Origin: Trichodelitschia bisporula | Taxonomy: Eukaryota | Length of the DNA stretch: 64,000 nucleotides | Direction: 5' to 3' | NCBI GenBank assembly: GCA_010356995.1 | Contig: ML996696.1 | Span: 250,364 to 314,363, forward strand | Shown here: one piece after another, positions 23,999 to 35,989 of the stretch | How positions within the stretch are numbered: the first letter of the stretch is position 1 | Layout of the letters: each line of letters opens with the position of its first letter | Made by a program: the position numbers and the translations under genes | The notes under the pieces: generated by a model | The model's input: only the letters and a program-made list of their open reading frames with translations | The model's database searches: none | Told to the model about the DNA's origin: nothing

Positions 23999-24679
23999 GG
24001 AGAGAGTGTCGTAGAGGTCACAGCTACCGTAGCCGGTCTCGGGGGATGGACAGAAACAAAGAGCAAGAACAAGGCAGGCGACTTGGGATGTGATGCGAAG
24101 GGAGGGCCTGCGAGGGTCTATGGTGATGACTGAGGTGGCTCTGCAAGTGTGACAGGAGGACGGCAACAGACAGCGGATAGAGTAGAGAGCGAGGGAGTGT
24201 AAAGTGGATGTCGCTATGATGCGCTGGAAGGGCCAAGGGTCAAAGTCGAGATGATGATGCCAAGCCTCTGCTCTCTCGGCGCGGCGGGAAAAGCGGAGCG
24301 CCGGAGCCTCAACTTTCTTCCAACCCACAACCTCCAACATTGAACTCTCTCCCTCACCAGTTGTTCTCTTCACGCATTCTATCATCGATCTTTGATTGAC
24401 AAAGCTTGCATCTTCAAGCTTGTTAATCTACTAGCTTAACGCGAACCCTCATTTTCCTCCTCCCGGTCCGATAGCGAGAAAGAATCATAATCTCAGCATC
24501 AGGAGAGCTGCGGAGAGCTATCTTCGCGTCTCGCGATTCCTCTCCACCACCTCCCGAGACCCTTCCTTTGATGACAACGCTCACTCCCAACCAGTAACTG
24601 GTCTCCTGAAAGGAAAAGACGTTGAGTGTTCCTCCGGGGACCTGTTCTCACGTCCTTCAACACATTACAAACTGCAATC

Positions 24680-27600
24680 ATGACCGACTACGATCCTGAA
24701 ACCGCCTTCCTTCAATCGCTCCAGTCCACCGAGTACCAACCTGATCACAATGGCACCGACTACAATCCTGAGCATGCCATGGTCGGTGACGATGGCGACG
24801 AGGACGACTATGACCCTTCCAACTTCGCGATTCGCCAACTTTCCGTGAACGCGACATCTGTCGAGCCCACCGCAGCTTCTGATGCATCTCGCAGTGCTTC
24901 TGCCACGGATGCTCCTAGCGCAGAGGTCCCTGAGCCTTCGCAAGCTGGCGGAACATCCAAGCCGCCGCGGACGATGGGCGGTTTTGTTATCGACGACGAT
25001 GACGATGAGGACGAGACGCCTGTTCGAGTTTCTAATGGCGAGAGAGATGGAGCTGATGACCCTACTATCGAGGATCGGCGCTCTATGACAAACACACCCG
25101 TCACTACAGTACCTGCTCCAGATAGTGCCATAGATAAAGCTGCGCAAGATCAGAGCACGTCTGGTGTTTCCACTGACTCTGTTTCCAAACGTGCTTTTGT
25201 ATCTTCTACTGCAGGTGCTTCCGCAAACATAGTCATGGCATCGACGGAGGTTGCAGACTCCACTCCGCCGGTTGCCGCAGCTCCAACGACTACCACGCAG
25301 CTCCCAAAGACGCGCCTTCCGATGGATCGAATCGGCATTCTCGAGGATCGCGTGGCGGAAGATCCGAAGGGAGACATGGACGGTTGGCAGAGTTTGATCA
25401 ACGAATATATCAATCGGAACAGGCTGGACGATGCTCGTGCTATCTTTGAGCGGTTCCTCAAGATCTTCCCTACTGCGGTATGCTAAACACCTTGAATATT
25501 TAGCATGAATTGCTAATCCAACTTAGGCCGAGCAGTGGGTGGCTTATGCCAACTTGGAGCTCCAGAATGACGAGTTTTCCCGGGTCGAGCAGATCTTTGG
25601 CCGGAGTTTGATGAACGTCCCGAATGTTCCGCTCTGGTCTACGTACCTCGACTATATTCGGCGCCGCAACGTCCTTACGAATGATCAAGATGGCAACGCG
25701 CGTCAAACTGTTCATGCTGTCTTCGATTTCGTCATTAATAAAATCGGCATCGACAAGGACTCCGGCCACATCTGGCAGGACTATATTGCCTTCATAAAAT
25801 CTGGTCCTGGTACTGTCGGGGGGACGAGCTGGCAGGATCACCAGAAGGTGGATTCAGTTCGCAAAGCTTATCACCGGGCACTCAGCATCCCGACACAGGC
25901 TACTGCGGGCATGTGGGCAGAGTACACTGCCTTCGAGAACACGGCTAACAAGATGACTGTAAGTGATACACAAGCTAAAATTGCAAGCTGACGGTTTTTA
26001 GGCCCGCAAGTTCATGCAGGAAAAGATGGCTGCCTACATGTCAGCAAAGCAAGGATTCGTTGCCCTCCAGAGCATAACCAAGGATTTGAATCGATCTACC
26101 CTCCCTCGGCTACCCCCTGCCCCTGGATTTGAAGGCGACGTGGAGTATCAGCAACAACTCGATATCTGGCGCAAGTGGATTCAGTGGGAGAAGGACGATC
26201 CCTTGGACTTCAAGGAAGAGGGGGATTTCAAGGGTTATCGTGCTCGCATCATCTATGTCTACCGTCAGGTGACCATGTCCATGCGGTTCGAACCGGCTTT
26301 TTGGTATGACGCTGCCGAATTCTGCTTCACCAACGATGAGGAGGAGACTGGAGACTCGTTCTTGAAGGAGGGCATTGAAGCCAACCCGGAGAGCTGCTTA
26401 CTCGCCTTCAAGCAAGCCGATCGCATTGAGCTGGCCACGACCTCCATGGGTACTGATGAAAAGGGGCTCAAGGAGCGCGGCGCGGCCATCCGTCAGCCCT
26501 ATGACAAGGTGCTGGCTGCGCATTATGAACTCATCAAGATCGTCGAGGCTCGGGAGAAGAAGTCTATTTCTCGCATTCAAGACTCATTCGCTCAGCAAAT
26601 CGCACAGGACCGACAGGAGCGCCAGCAGGATGATGATGATGATGATGATGATGATGCAGACGATGATGGGATCAAACAGAAAGAGGCAGCCGAGCGGGCC
26701 CAGATTCGGGCGGTTAAAGAGAGCAGCAAGGTTCAGATCACGCTGCTCCGCAAAACCTTGACGTACGCTTGGATTGCTTTCATTCGGGCGATGCGCCGCG
26801 TCCAGGGAAAGGGCACACCGAAAGAGAGCGAGATCGGGGGTCTCCGTGGCACATTCTACGAAGCTCGCAAGGCTGGCCACTTAACTAGCGACATCTACAC
26901 CGCTGTCGCGCTGATGGAGCATTACTGTTACCTGGACCCGTCGGCGCCAAAGCTTTTTCAGCGAGGTGCCGCCCTCTTCCGTGAGGATGAAAACTTCGCT
27001 TTCGAGTACTTGAAGTACTTGATCTCAGTCAGAGACGTGACCAGTAAGTGCCCGCCCTGTTAGGGATCTTACATCCTTTGCTGACCATTTACAGATGCTC
27101 GCTTGGCATTCGAAACGATAGTTGGGAGACTCTCTGCATCCCCGGAGAAGGTTCATCGTACGAAACCCCTGTTCCACTTCCTCCATCAGTACGAATCAAA
27201 CTACGGCGACCTCGCGCAAGTCAAGAAGCTAGAGCAGCGCATGCGCGAACTCTTCCCCGAGGACCCAGACCTGCGCCTCTTCTCCCGCCGCTACGAGGAC
27301 ATCAACGCCCACGGCCAAAAGTTCGACCCCACCCTCATCCGCCCCATCCTCTCCCCCGCCACCCAAATGCGCCCCAAAATGCCTCCCATGCCCTCCATCG
27401 AGCGCGCCACCCCCGCCGCCTCCATCCCTCCTCCCTCGCCACGCCCCGCTCCCCCGGTTCTCGGCAACAACTCCCCAAAGCGCCCCTTCGTCGCCGACGC
27501 TTCGGACCGCGACTTCGGGCCGCCGCGCAAGCTCGCGCGTGGCGAGTCACCGCTCAAGGGCGCTGCGGGCCGCCGTCTTGATGCCCAGCGTCGGCGCCAC

Positions 27601-27882
27601 GGCGGGGCCGATGCGCCGTCCATTGGGCATGCGCCGCCGCCGCCGCTGCCGCGCGACCTTAATTTTTTGATTAGCATGCTGCCGCGCGCGGAGCTGTGCG
27701 CTGGTCTGCAGCCGATACATATCCCCGCTATGGTGCAGTTGATTCGGAGCGTTGACTTGGACCGGGCGCAGGGGGGGCAGTATGCACCTCCGCAGGCGCA
27801 TGGGGGTGGGCAGTATGGTGGTGGTGGTGGGGGGTATCAGCAGGGAGGTGGTGGGTATGATGGGGGGTATGGCAGGCGCTGA
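24680..27882 (+). CDS. RNA14: mRNA 3'-end processing factor Rna14 (CstF-77, HAT repeats)
   Basis: LEDRVAEDPKGD, PNVPLWSTYLDYIRRRN, IGIDKDSGHIWQDYI and RGESPLKGAAGRRL motifs. Four exons. Confidence 0.92.
26629..26667 (+). repeat. (GAT)n microsatellite encoding poly-Asp inside RNA14
   Basis: GAT repeats seen directly; translated DDDDDDDDDADDD. Confidence 0.9.
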
Positions 27883-28292
27883 GGACGATGAATTGCGGCT
27901 CGGTATCTCTTGTCTTAGCGATTGGCGTTTGAATGGGCTCGTTTTGCTGAAGCATAGTAATTCTTTGATCGTGCATAGAGGGATTCATTGGGCATGGGGT
28001 TGAAAAGCGGTCACTTGTACGATAAGTTAGGTGTGTGCTTTCCCGAAGTCTGATAGGCATATGTGAATTCCAATTCGTCGTCCGCTTGCTGTGCTCTCCT
28101 GTGGCGTGGTCGCTTCCGTGTCTGTGTCTGCGATGTTAAATGGTTATTGGAAGGCGAGAATGCCTTTCGACCTTATAGCCATCACATTGTCTCACAGGTA
28201 TAAAGATGCAAAGCAGGTGGTTTGATCACCGTTCGTGAATATCATTAACGCCTCCAGCATGAAGACTTCAATCCCAGTCCACAACGCCAAAC

Positions 28293-31200
28293 TCACATCC
28301 CAAATCTCCCCTTCACGACTACACACCGTCAGCTCCTTTCCAAATAATCGAGAGTGGAAAGAACTCACCTCCCATAATAGCATTCTTCTTCTGCTTCTGC
28401 ACATACTTACTCACATCATCTGCCCAATTCGTACTCGCCTGCTCCAGCCGATCCACCGAGTCTCCCATGATATTCAGCCGCTCCGTCCGCTCATTAATCT
28501 GCCGCTGCATATACGCCCAATATCCCTCGTTCTGTCCCGCCGCCGCCGCTGCACCCACACCGGCAGCTCCACCGCCGGCTCGCGTCGCGGCTTCGGTGTT
28601 GCGCATTTGCTCGAGCATGCGCTTGGAGGGCGGGCGATCAGGCCCGCCGATGAGCAAGTCCATATCCGCGGCCGTCACGTACTGCGTGCCCGAAATCCAC
28701 TGTAGGTTGGAAATAGTCGGACGAGGCGGGATCGCGATCTCAGGATTGAAGAGAGTGTCCTTAGCGGGATTGAACGGCGCGCCCGAGCCCCAGATATTGA
28801 TCAGTTCGATCTCGGACGGGCCCGTCCAGCCGAGGATGTCGCCCGTGGCTGTAACTACCGCCTCACCGAGGCGCTTCGGATCCAGAATCCCGCCTACCTT
28901 CGTCGCGGCAATTTCCTTGAGCCCGGGGATGGAAAACGCGCGTGCGGCGCCGTCGGCGAACAACGCTACAAGCGCGTATCCGGCATCGTGGCAGCGCGTG
29001 ACCATGGCGGAGCAGCATGCGAACTCGTCCCAGGACTTGTGGACGCCCTTGTTGGACGCGGGCTTGAATATGCGGGCTTCGATGCGGGTGACTGCGAGGA
29101 GGACGCCGTTGACTTTGTAGCCGTTGCGCAGGCTTGAGACGGCGTGTTGGGAGGCGTAGGCGGGAGCGCCGGTGTCGGCTGAGAGAGGGATTATGCGGAT
29201 GACGGTGTCTTCGGCTTGGATGGCGCCGGCGAATTGGACTGAGTACCGGCCGCCGGCGCCGGGGAGGAGCTTGAAGGTGGCTATACGGCCGAGACTGGTG
29301 CCGATGTGGAGGAGGATGCTTGAGTAGTCTGAATGATGTCAGTACATCTGGGAGTAGAGTCACTGAAGATCTTACTCTCGCCCTCAAGGGCCATGACCTT
29401 CAGGTTGTCAGTAGAGCACAACTGGGAAGATCCATAGAACTTACGCTAAACTCCACTGCTGTTGGGTACTCCTTTCTCTCGGCTGGTTGGCTCGATCTGT
29501 GAAAGCTCCCACGCTTATCATTTTTGAGTTCCTGTAGGTTGACATTGTAGATGAGAGCAGGCCCACGAAGATCGACAACTGCGATGTCGCCTCCCTCAAA
29601 GCCAGCAGCCACGAACCCGACATCCGACAATTGGAGTGCTGTAACCGGCCCATTCTTCATGTCCAGCAACGTAAAAGGGAGGAGTCCCTCTACCAAGGCT
29701 GGATCGGTCCTGTCCAGAACGTTAGTCAGATTTCGAGGGACATTCGGTCCCGGAGTCGGCTCCATTCCGACAGCTGTGTTCTTGCTCCAGCGGAAAACCA
29801 CCATCTCGCCACTTCTTGTCCCTGCAGCAAGTTCGCCGCTTGCACCCGAGAAGCTGACCTTGGTAATGTCGATTCCTTCGAGGCGCCCTACTGCTCTAGC
29901 AACGTCGGCTTGGACCAGCAACTCGTTTTCAATCTCATCAGCGTGACCTGCGTCCCACAATCTGATCGTTCCATCGGCGTGGCACGTTTGCACTACGTTC
30001 CGATGCTCGAAACGCTTCATAGCACGCGGAGTCTCCGCTCCACCTTGGAGGATCAATGGCCCGTGAGTTCGCTCTTCTTTCATCCCAAGCCATTTGGGTC
30101 GCTCGGCCGGAGAGAGGTTGAATGAAGTGATGAATGGGTGGACCAGTGTCAATGAAATGTGAAGCTGGTTTGTAGGGCTGATCGGGAAGCCACTGGGAAA
30201 GCTCATAGAGACCATTTCGCCGGAGCCTAGAAGGGCGAGTATGGCAACAGGGTCATGTGCGCCAGCAAAATAAGGAGTTGAACGCGGTATCAAGCAGAAG
30301 TCCACGACCTCGGTACCCGGTGGGGTTGGCAGAATCCGTTGCCGTTTAGGTGATTCGAAGTGCTGGAAGAGGAGTTGCCACGATGATGTCGCGTAGTTGG
30401 GAGTACGGCCAAGTTCGAAGAGGGTGAGTCCTTTGGCGGGTGATGTTGAAGATGCACCCCCTGCGATGAGGATCGCAGTGTCATCGGGATCTTGGTTAGC
30501 ACACCAGGCAATCCTGAACAAAGGTTCCTTGACACCCATGGGCGCTGATGATCTGCCCGGATTATATGACGATGCCTGAGGCTTGTTGATGTTGGTGCTT
30601 TCAAACGTGCGGGCCATCACGATGCGTCCGTCCTTCGGGTCCCAGAAAACTAGACTCCCATCCTCGTGACCAGTAAGGATGAAGGTACCGGTAGGATGCC
30701 ATGCTGCGTGGCTAAGTCTTGGATGTCGAACGACGTTCGTTGATGCTGGGTCGATGTCGCCTCCAGGCGCGCCTCGGGGGACTTCATACTGGAAAAACTT
30801 CACGGCCTTGTTCTGCTTGAAGGAGTAGATGACGGCTCCTTCAGCATAGCCTATCAGCAGGGTGCCGATATCTCGCGGATGAAGTGCTAAAGAAACAACG
30901 GGAGTCATGCGAGCTCTCGGATTCATCTCCGCCCAGAAGCTTGGAAGCTTGAACGGTGCCATGGCCCCACGATCGAGGTCATAAGCCAGGACATCACCTA
31001 AAAAGATTTAATCATTGACTAGTTGGTCTGATAAGAGCTCCTACCGGTCTGCATGCCCAGCAAGGCATAGTCCAAGGTAGGATCGGTGCACAAGGTGAGG
31101 GCGGTTCCGGGTGGGGTATGGGAAAACAGCAGACGCTTGGTTTCCAGCGAAAATACTGAGAGATCATGTCTAGCATCTAGACATATGAGTTTGTCGGCAC

Positions 31201-31532
31201 AGAACTGGAGGGCCTGAATTGATGTTTTCCGTTGCAGCGAGAGCACGACGCTGACTCTCTTATGGCCGAAGACGTATATCTGGCCGGTGCCGAAGCGCGT
31301 CTCACGGGTACCTACGGCAAGAAGAGACTGGACCGGATCATACGCCATAGCCGATATCTGGGAATTGATGCCATACCGGCTGATCTTGATACCGGTTAGA
31401 ACAGTTCACTGAAACCTCAATTCAGAGCCGGGGAATTGTATGTACTTCGTCTATGACAAACTGTTCCTGGCTGAGTCCTGCGGAGAGGTCATTTTGAATG
31501 CCGATCTGCCGTCCACGGATAAGATGCGCCAT
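28293..31532 (-). CDS. SRO7: Lethal giant larvae/tomosyn-like SNARE regulator Sro7/Sro77
   Basis: YGINSQISAMAYDPVQSLLAVGT, LHPRDIGTLLIGY, HADGTIRLWD and a C-terminal R-SNARE-like helix (QINERTERLNIMGDSVDRLEQAS). Multiple introns. Confidence 0.92.
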
Positions 31533-32093
31533 GTTGTTGGTGCACGCGCTGGACTGCTTGTGGTGGGGGGTTGGATTTAGATGTGGAGGTGGTGGATGAG
31601 CGATGTCCCAGATTGACCAGGTTGGCGTTGCTTGAATTTACGGGAGTACCACCGTCACCAGCACGCGGTTTACCATTACATTCACGTGCAACAGGACCGG
31701 ATTAGGCGACTGTAAATGCTTAGTCGGGCTTAGGAGGGTCTTATTCAGTTCATGATTAAGACACGTTTTAAGCAAGGTGAGGCACCAGGCCCTCATGGGG
31801 GAGGAGTGAGCATCAGGGTTTTGGCAGCGGTTCGCACGGAAAGCAGCAGCAGGTAAGCATAACTAGAAGGGACGCCTTCTATACCGTGTATTGCTCATAA
31901 TCCGGGCAGAATATCTATGCGTTGAAAATCGCCTCTAGACCAGGCCTAGCAATCCTACGCAAAAGATGAATCGCCGCCCGAAAGATCAACGCGCTGAGGT
32001 ATCACGAGGAACGAGACTGAATCAAAGCAGTGGAGATCAAGAATCCAAGCCCAGCGTACCGCGTCTTGATTGACAAGGCACATGGCTGGCGGC

Positions 32094-33023
32094 CTAGTGC
32101 ACCATGACATCGTCCTTGACGGCAGAGGCACCAGATGCAGGCTTGTCTTCCTCGACCTCCATCTCTTCGTCGACGTCGCCCTCAACGAGCTCTTCTTCGT
32201 CCTCCTCCTCGCTGCCGGAGCTCTCAGCCTCGAGGTCCTCGCTACCGGCGTCAGAGGCTTCGTCGTCCTCCTTGACGGGAGCGTCCGCATCGCCCATCTC
32301 AGCGTCTTCGCCGGGAGCTGGGACTGCCGCAGCTTCAGCTTCAACCTCCGCCTCCTCTTCCTCCTCCTCCTCTTCAGCACCGTAGGCTGCCTCATCATCA
32401 GGAGCCTGGTCGGCCTCAGGCTGATCAGGAGGGTACTCAGGGGGAGCAGTGGCTTCGGAGTCCCTATTGGACCTGTTAACTGGAAATTTACAGAAAGAAT
32501 GGAAAAGACGCACCACTTGATGGCGAAGCGGGTGACCCTAGGCTTCTCCGCAAGAATGTTGCGCCGAATCTTCTCGATGATCGGCTTTGCCGGAGGGTTC
32601 TCAGCCAGAGCCTCGTCGTCGTACTCGTTGTTGACGTAGTAACCGACACGAACAAACTCGCGACCGTCGTAGCTGCAGGTCAGGAGAATGACGGTGACGC
32701 CGAGAATTTCGGAGCTAGGAATGGTTGTGATCTTGGGAGGATCGGCCTCGAAGGTGAAGGTGTTCGTGCCAGGAGGAACCGGGCCGACGAGAAGAGAATC
32801 GAGCTCCTGATCATGTTCGGAACTTTGCTGATGAGCATCCTATACCGCTTGTTCGTCGCAAAACTTTGACTTACGACTGGGCGGAGCCGACGTAGGTAAG
32901 CTTCCACTCAAGGTCATGCTGGAGATTCTCGAGAGCCTCGAACGTGATCTTGAACGTGTACGGGTCCGTGAAGGCCGCCGGGTTGTTCAACACGGTCACG
33001 TCGAGAAGCGTCACGACAGACAT
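32094..33023 (-). CDS. ASF1: Histone H3-H4 chaperone Asf1
   Basis: Manual translation gives [63 protein letters not shown] followed by an acidic tail. Two introns. Confidence 0.95.
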
Positions 33024-33858
33024 CTTGAAAGCGTGAGGGGGGTGGGGTGGGCGCTGTGAAGGAGTTGAAGGGAGGAGGACAAATCAATGAGACGCAGACA
33101 GAGGGAGAACAGAGCGGAATGGGGATGAAGAGATCTGGAGGAGAAAACGAAGACGAGGAGGGGATGATTCTTGGAGAATCCGGGGGAGAGGGCGCGAGTC
33201 GAGGGGGGAGAAAGGTGGATAGCCACCACCACCTCCACACGCCCACCCGCACAAACACTGGCGCAACAACCTCAGGCGACAACGCGGCGCGTTAAGTGGT
33301 CTTGGCGCGTTTTGTCCGCGCGAAAGGAAATCACGTGATTTGACAGTTTTGCGTCTCCTGGTCTCCGGGAGATGAGGTTGGAGGGGAAGTGACTGGCTAT
33401 TGCAGTGTTCTAATAATCCGTACAGATAGCATGCAATTGCGCCATCCAGATCTCGGGCCGCAAGCTGGTTTGCCAGACAACCAACGGATTCGCAATCAGC
33501 GCTTCGCTTCAGCCCGCAGGAGACAGCCTGTGCCGTTGATTGCTTTTGAGCCTCAAGTTTTCATCTTCTGACACGTTTCCTCCAAGTGATACGACGCTTT
33601 GAGAGGTTGAGCCACCCTACTTATGAGATAGACGCGCAAAGTCGCCGTGAAGGACGTAGAAGTGCTGAATATTCGCACCAAAGGGTGGCACGGCTTGCTT
33701 GTTCCTGACCATCGAGCCCTGTCAGTGTCGGCGCAGCCCTATCAATTCCGTCACCCTGGCAAAGCAGGCAAGCCACCCTGTCAGCACTTTTAGGAACTTC
33801 ACGAAACTTGTTCCCCCCAAACCTTCTTCTCGACAACCTCCACCGAACACCCAATGTC

Positions 33859-34875
33859 ATGACCCTTCACGTCCCCTACAGCAGGCTCACTGCCGTAGGT
33901 TATCATGCTACAGTCCTAACGCGCCATCGCTTCACCCCCCAATTCCTCCCAATCCTCGCCACGGCGCTCAGTCGCAATGCCCGCTGCGCGTCTTCCGCCA
34001 CCTCGAACCCGCAGACAAGTCTCGTCGGGGACCGGCTGAACCCTCCTTCGTCGACTCTACCACCCCCTCTCCACCTATCCAAGCGGGAGCCAAACCAGTC
34101 GAAATTCTCACACCTCATTTCCATCGGGCGCCTATACGCGAGTTTCTACAAGAACGGCTTGAAACAGATATGGACAAACCACAAACTGGCTAAGGCTGTC
34201 AAGGAACATTCTTTGTCGAAGAGCCCCTCCCAAAGCGCCTCATCGTCGCTTGGTGACATCCCGCACCCCGTACTTTCACGCGCCGAGTTCCAGTTGATCC
34301 TCCGAGCCCGGCACGATTCACTTCGGATACCCATCTTTGTACTCCTGTTTCTCATCATTGGAGAATGGCTACCGCTCGTGGTAATGTTCTTCACGCCAGT
34401 CGTACCCTACACCTGCCGTATCCCGAAACAAATTGATTCCGGGAGGAAAAAGGCCGAAACACAACGACGGGCCGGCTTGGAACTGTATAAGGAGCCTAAA
34501 GGGTCAAAGGTTTCCAAGGATACCAAAGCAGATAATCTGTCCAAGCAACAGTTATTCCGAGCTTCGGCCGTCCTCGGCCTGCATTCCCGACTTTGGGACC
34601 GGTTGAACGGAGCCTTGAAGACGCCTGTTCTTCCCCCGAACACGTTATTGCGGTGGCGGTTGCAACGGCGACTACGCTACTTGGAACAGGATGATGCTTT
34701 GATGCTCAAGGATGGCGGAGTGAACAGACTGTCCTCCGATGAGCTGAAGATGGCGTGCGAGCAGCGCGGCATCGACGTCGTTGGCAGAGACGACAAGACA
34801 CTCAAAAAAGCGTTGGATCAGTGGCTTCATACGTCACGGTCACACGGGATGCTCCGGGTGATATTGAGCGGATAG
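33859..34875 (+). CDS. LETM1-like ribosome-binding domain mitochondrial protein
   Basis: FYKNGLKQIW, SRAEFQLILRARHD..RIP, GEWLPL, PYTCRIPKQ and LEQDDALM..EL..ACEQRGI motifs after a presequence-like N-terminus. Confidence 0.82.
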   Translation: MTLHVPYSRLTAVGYHATVLTRHRFTPQFLPILATALSRNARCASSATSNPQTSLVGDRLNPPSSTLPPPLHLSKREPNQSKFSHLISIGRLYASFYKNGLKQIWTNHKLAKAVKEHSLSKSPSQSASSSLGDIPHPVLSRAEFQLILRARHDSLRIPIFVLLFLIIGEWLPLVVMFFTPVVPYTCRIPKQIDSGRKKAETQRRAGLELYKEPKGSKVSKDTKADNLSKQQLFRASAVLGLHSRLWDRLNGALKTPVLPPNTLLRWRLQRRLRYLEQDDALMLKDGGVNRLSSDELKMACEQRGIDVVGRDDKTLKKALDQWLHTSRSHGMLRVILSG

Positions 34876-35379
34876 AGCGGCGTTTCTCTAGACAGTGGCC
34901 TTCGCTGTCAGTGTCTTCATAGGGACGGGGTTCTCGGGTGTACAATAAAAGCATGGCGTCCTGGCGGGCGGCCCTACGTTTTGAAAAAGAGTGGGCTATG
35001 CATCTGGGGAAGAACGGAGCATGTATATGATGACCATCGATACTCCTGTAACTAGACTAGATTGTGTCACGGCCTCATCATTGAATTTCAATGTTGCTCT
35101 GTGGGAATCATCGTGGAGTAAGGAGGAACGCTTTGCCGATAAGGGCCTCGCACCAGCCACCGCCACCCGTCGCTGGGTCATGAGATGTTGATGTCATTAT
35201 TTGGGGTTGTTTACATATGTACCCATTCTGCCCTATAACTCGGGATCAACTAGATCTTCGTTCCTATACACTCCCGGCTATGCATCAGTCTCCGAACATG
35301 TCTAAATAGGTGCTCCCATCTAGGGAGGTGAACAAGTCTCGTAAATTCATTACAAAGAGAAGAGAAGAATGACGGTGCT

Positions 35380-35768
35380 CTACGAGTCTAGCTTGCAATC
35401 GGAACATTGCTCGTGCTTGCATCGCGGGCATGCCGCGTAAGCGTATGTGGACATCGGTCCAGCTGTGCAGTTACACTGAGCACCATTTAGCAGGCGAAGG
35501 CACGGATTTCTGGTCTCCTTCAAGGGCACTCACGCAAGTCCATGACGGGTCATTGTCGTCATTGTTGTACCCGTATTGACTCCGGATGCCTGGGACATCC
35601 TCTATCCAATCTCCAGGAAGGTCCGATTTGATCAGCTCGGTAGGCTGGGTTAATGCCTGCTGTGCCACAGATGCGTCAGCACCTCCCTCGTTGAACTATC
35701 TTCACTATCGTCATGAAGGCGTCAGGGAGGCCACTCACGACGTCATTGGAACGAAAATGAGGCTCCAT
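35380..35768 (-). CDS. Small (95 aa) Cys/His-rich putative double zinc-ribbon protein of unknown function
   Basis: Exons 35768-35739, 35695-35534 and 35475-35380. Both introns are GTGAGT..AG with branch-like sites (CTGAC, CTAAA) and are phase 0. Product ends WTC|CNCTAGPMSTYAYAACPRCKHEQCSDCKLDS*. Confidence 0.75.
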
Positions 35769-35955
35769 GGCTTCGATGACTACGGCTTCACACGACAGTG
35801 CTCAGATTGAAAGGTCCAACGGCAATTGAGGGCTAAAACCCTTCGTATGGACTGCGCCGGCGCTCGGTTCTCTGGCACTTGGAAAAGAGGGTGGAATAGA
35901 CAACGGTCGACGACGGAACTGCAGTCATCCCTCTGAGACGACGCCGGATCTCCTC

Positions 35956-35963
35956 TTAAATAT
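35956..35963 (+). promoter_or_regulatory. TATA-like element upstream of the candidate structured RNA
   Basis: TTAAATAT in an otherwise GC-rich context, followed by a pyrimidine-rich stretch. Confidence 0.3.
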
Positions 35964-35989
35964 GCCACTTCCTCGATCCTCCCCGCCAA

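Noticed and set aside
35625..35662. TPP-riboswitch-like words (TTGATC...GGGTTAATGCCTGC)
   Set aside because: There is no upstream GCTGAGA/P2-P3 element. It lies antisense to a coding exon, and no thiamine gene is present.
35828..35843. CTAAAACCCT as a telomerase template for TTTTAGGG
   Set aside because: It lies upstream of the TATA-like box and is locked in a GAGGG/CCCTT hairpin; probably chance.
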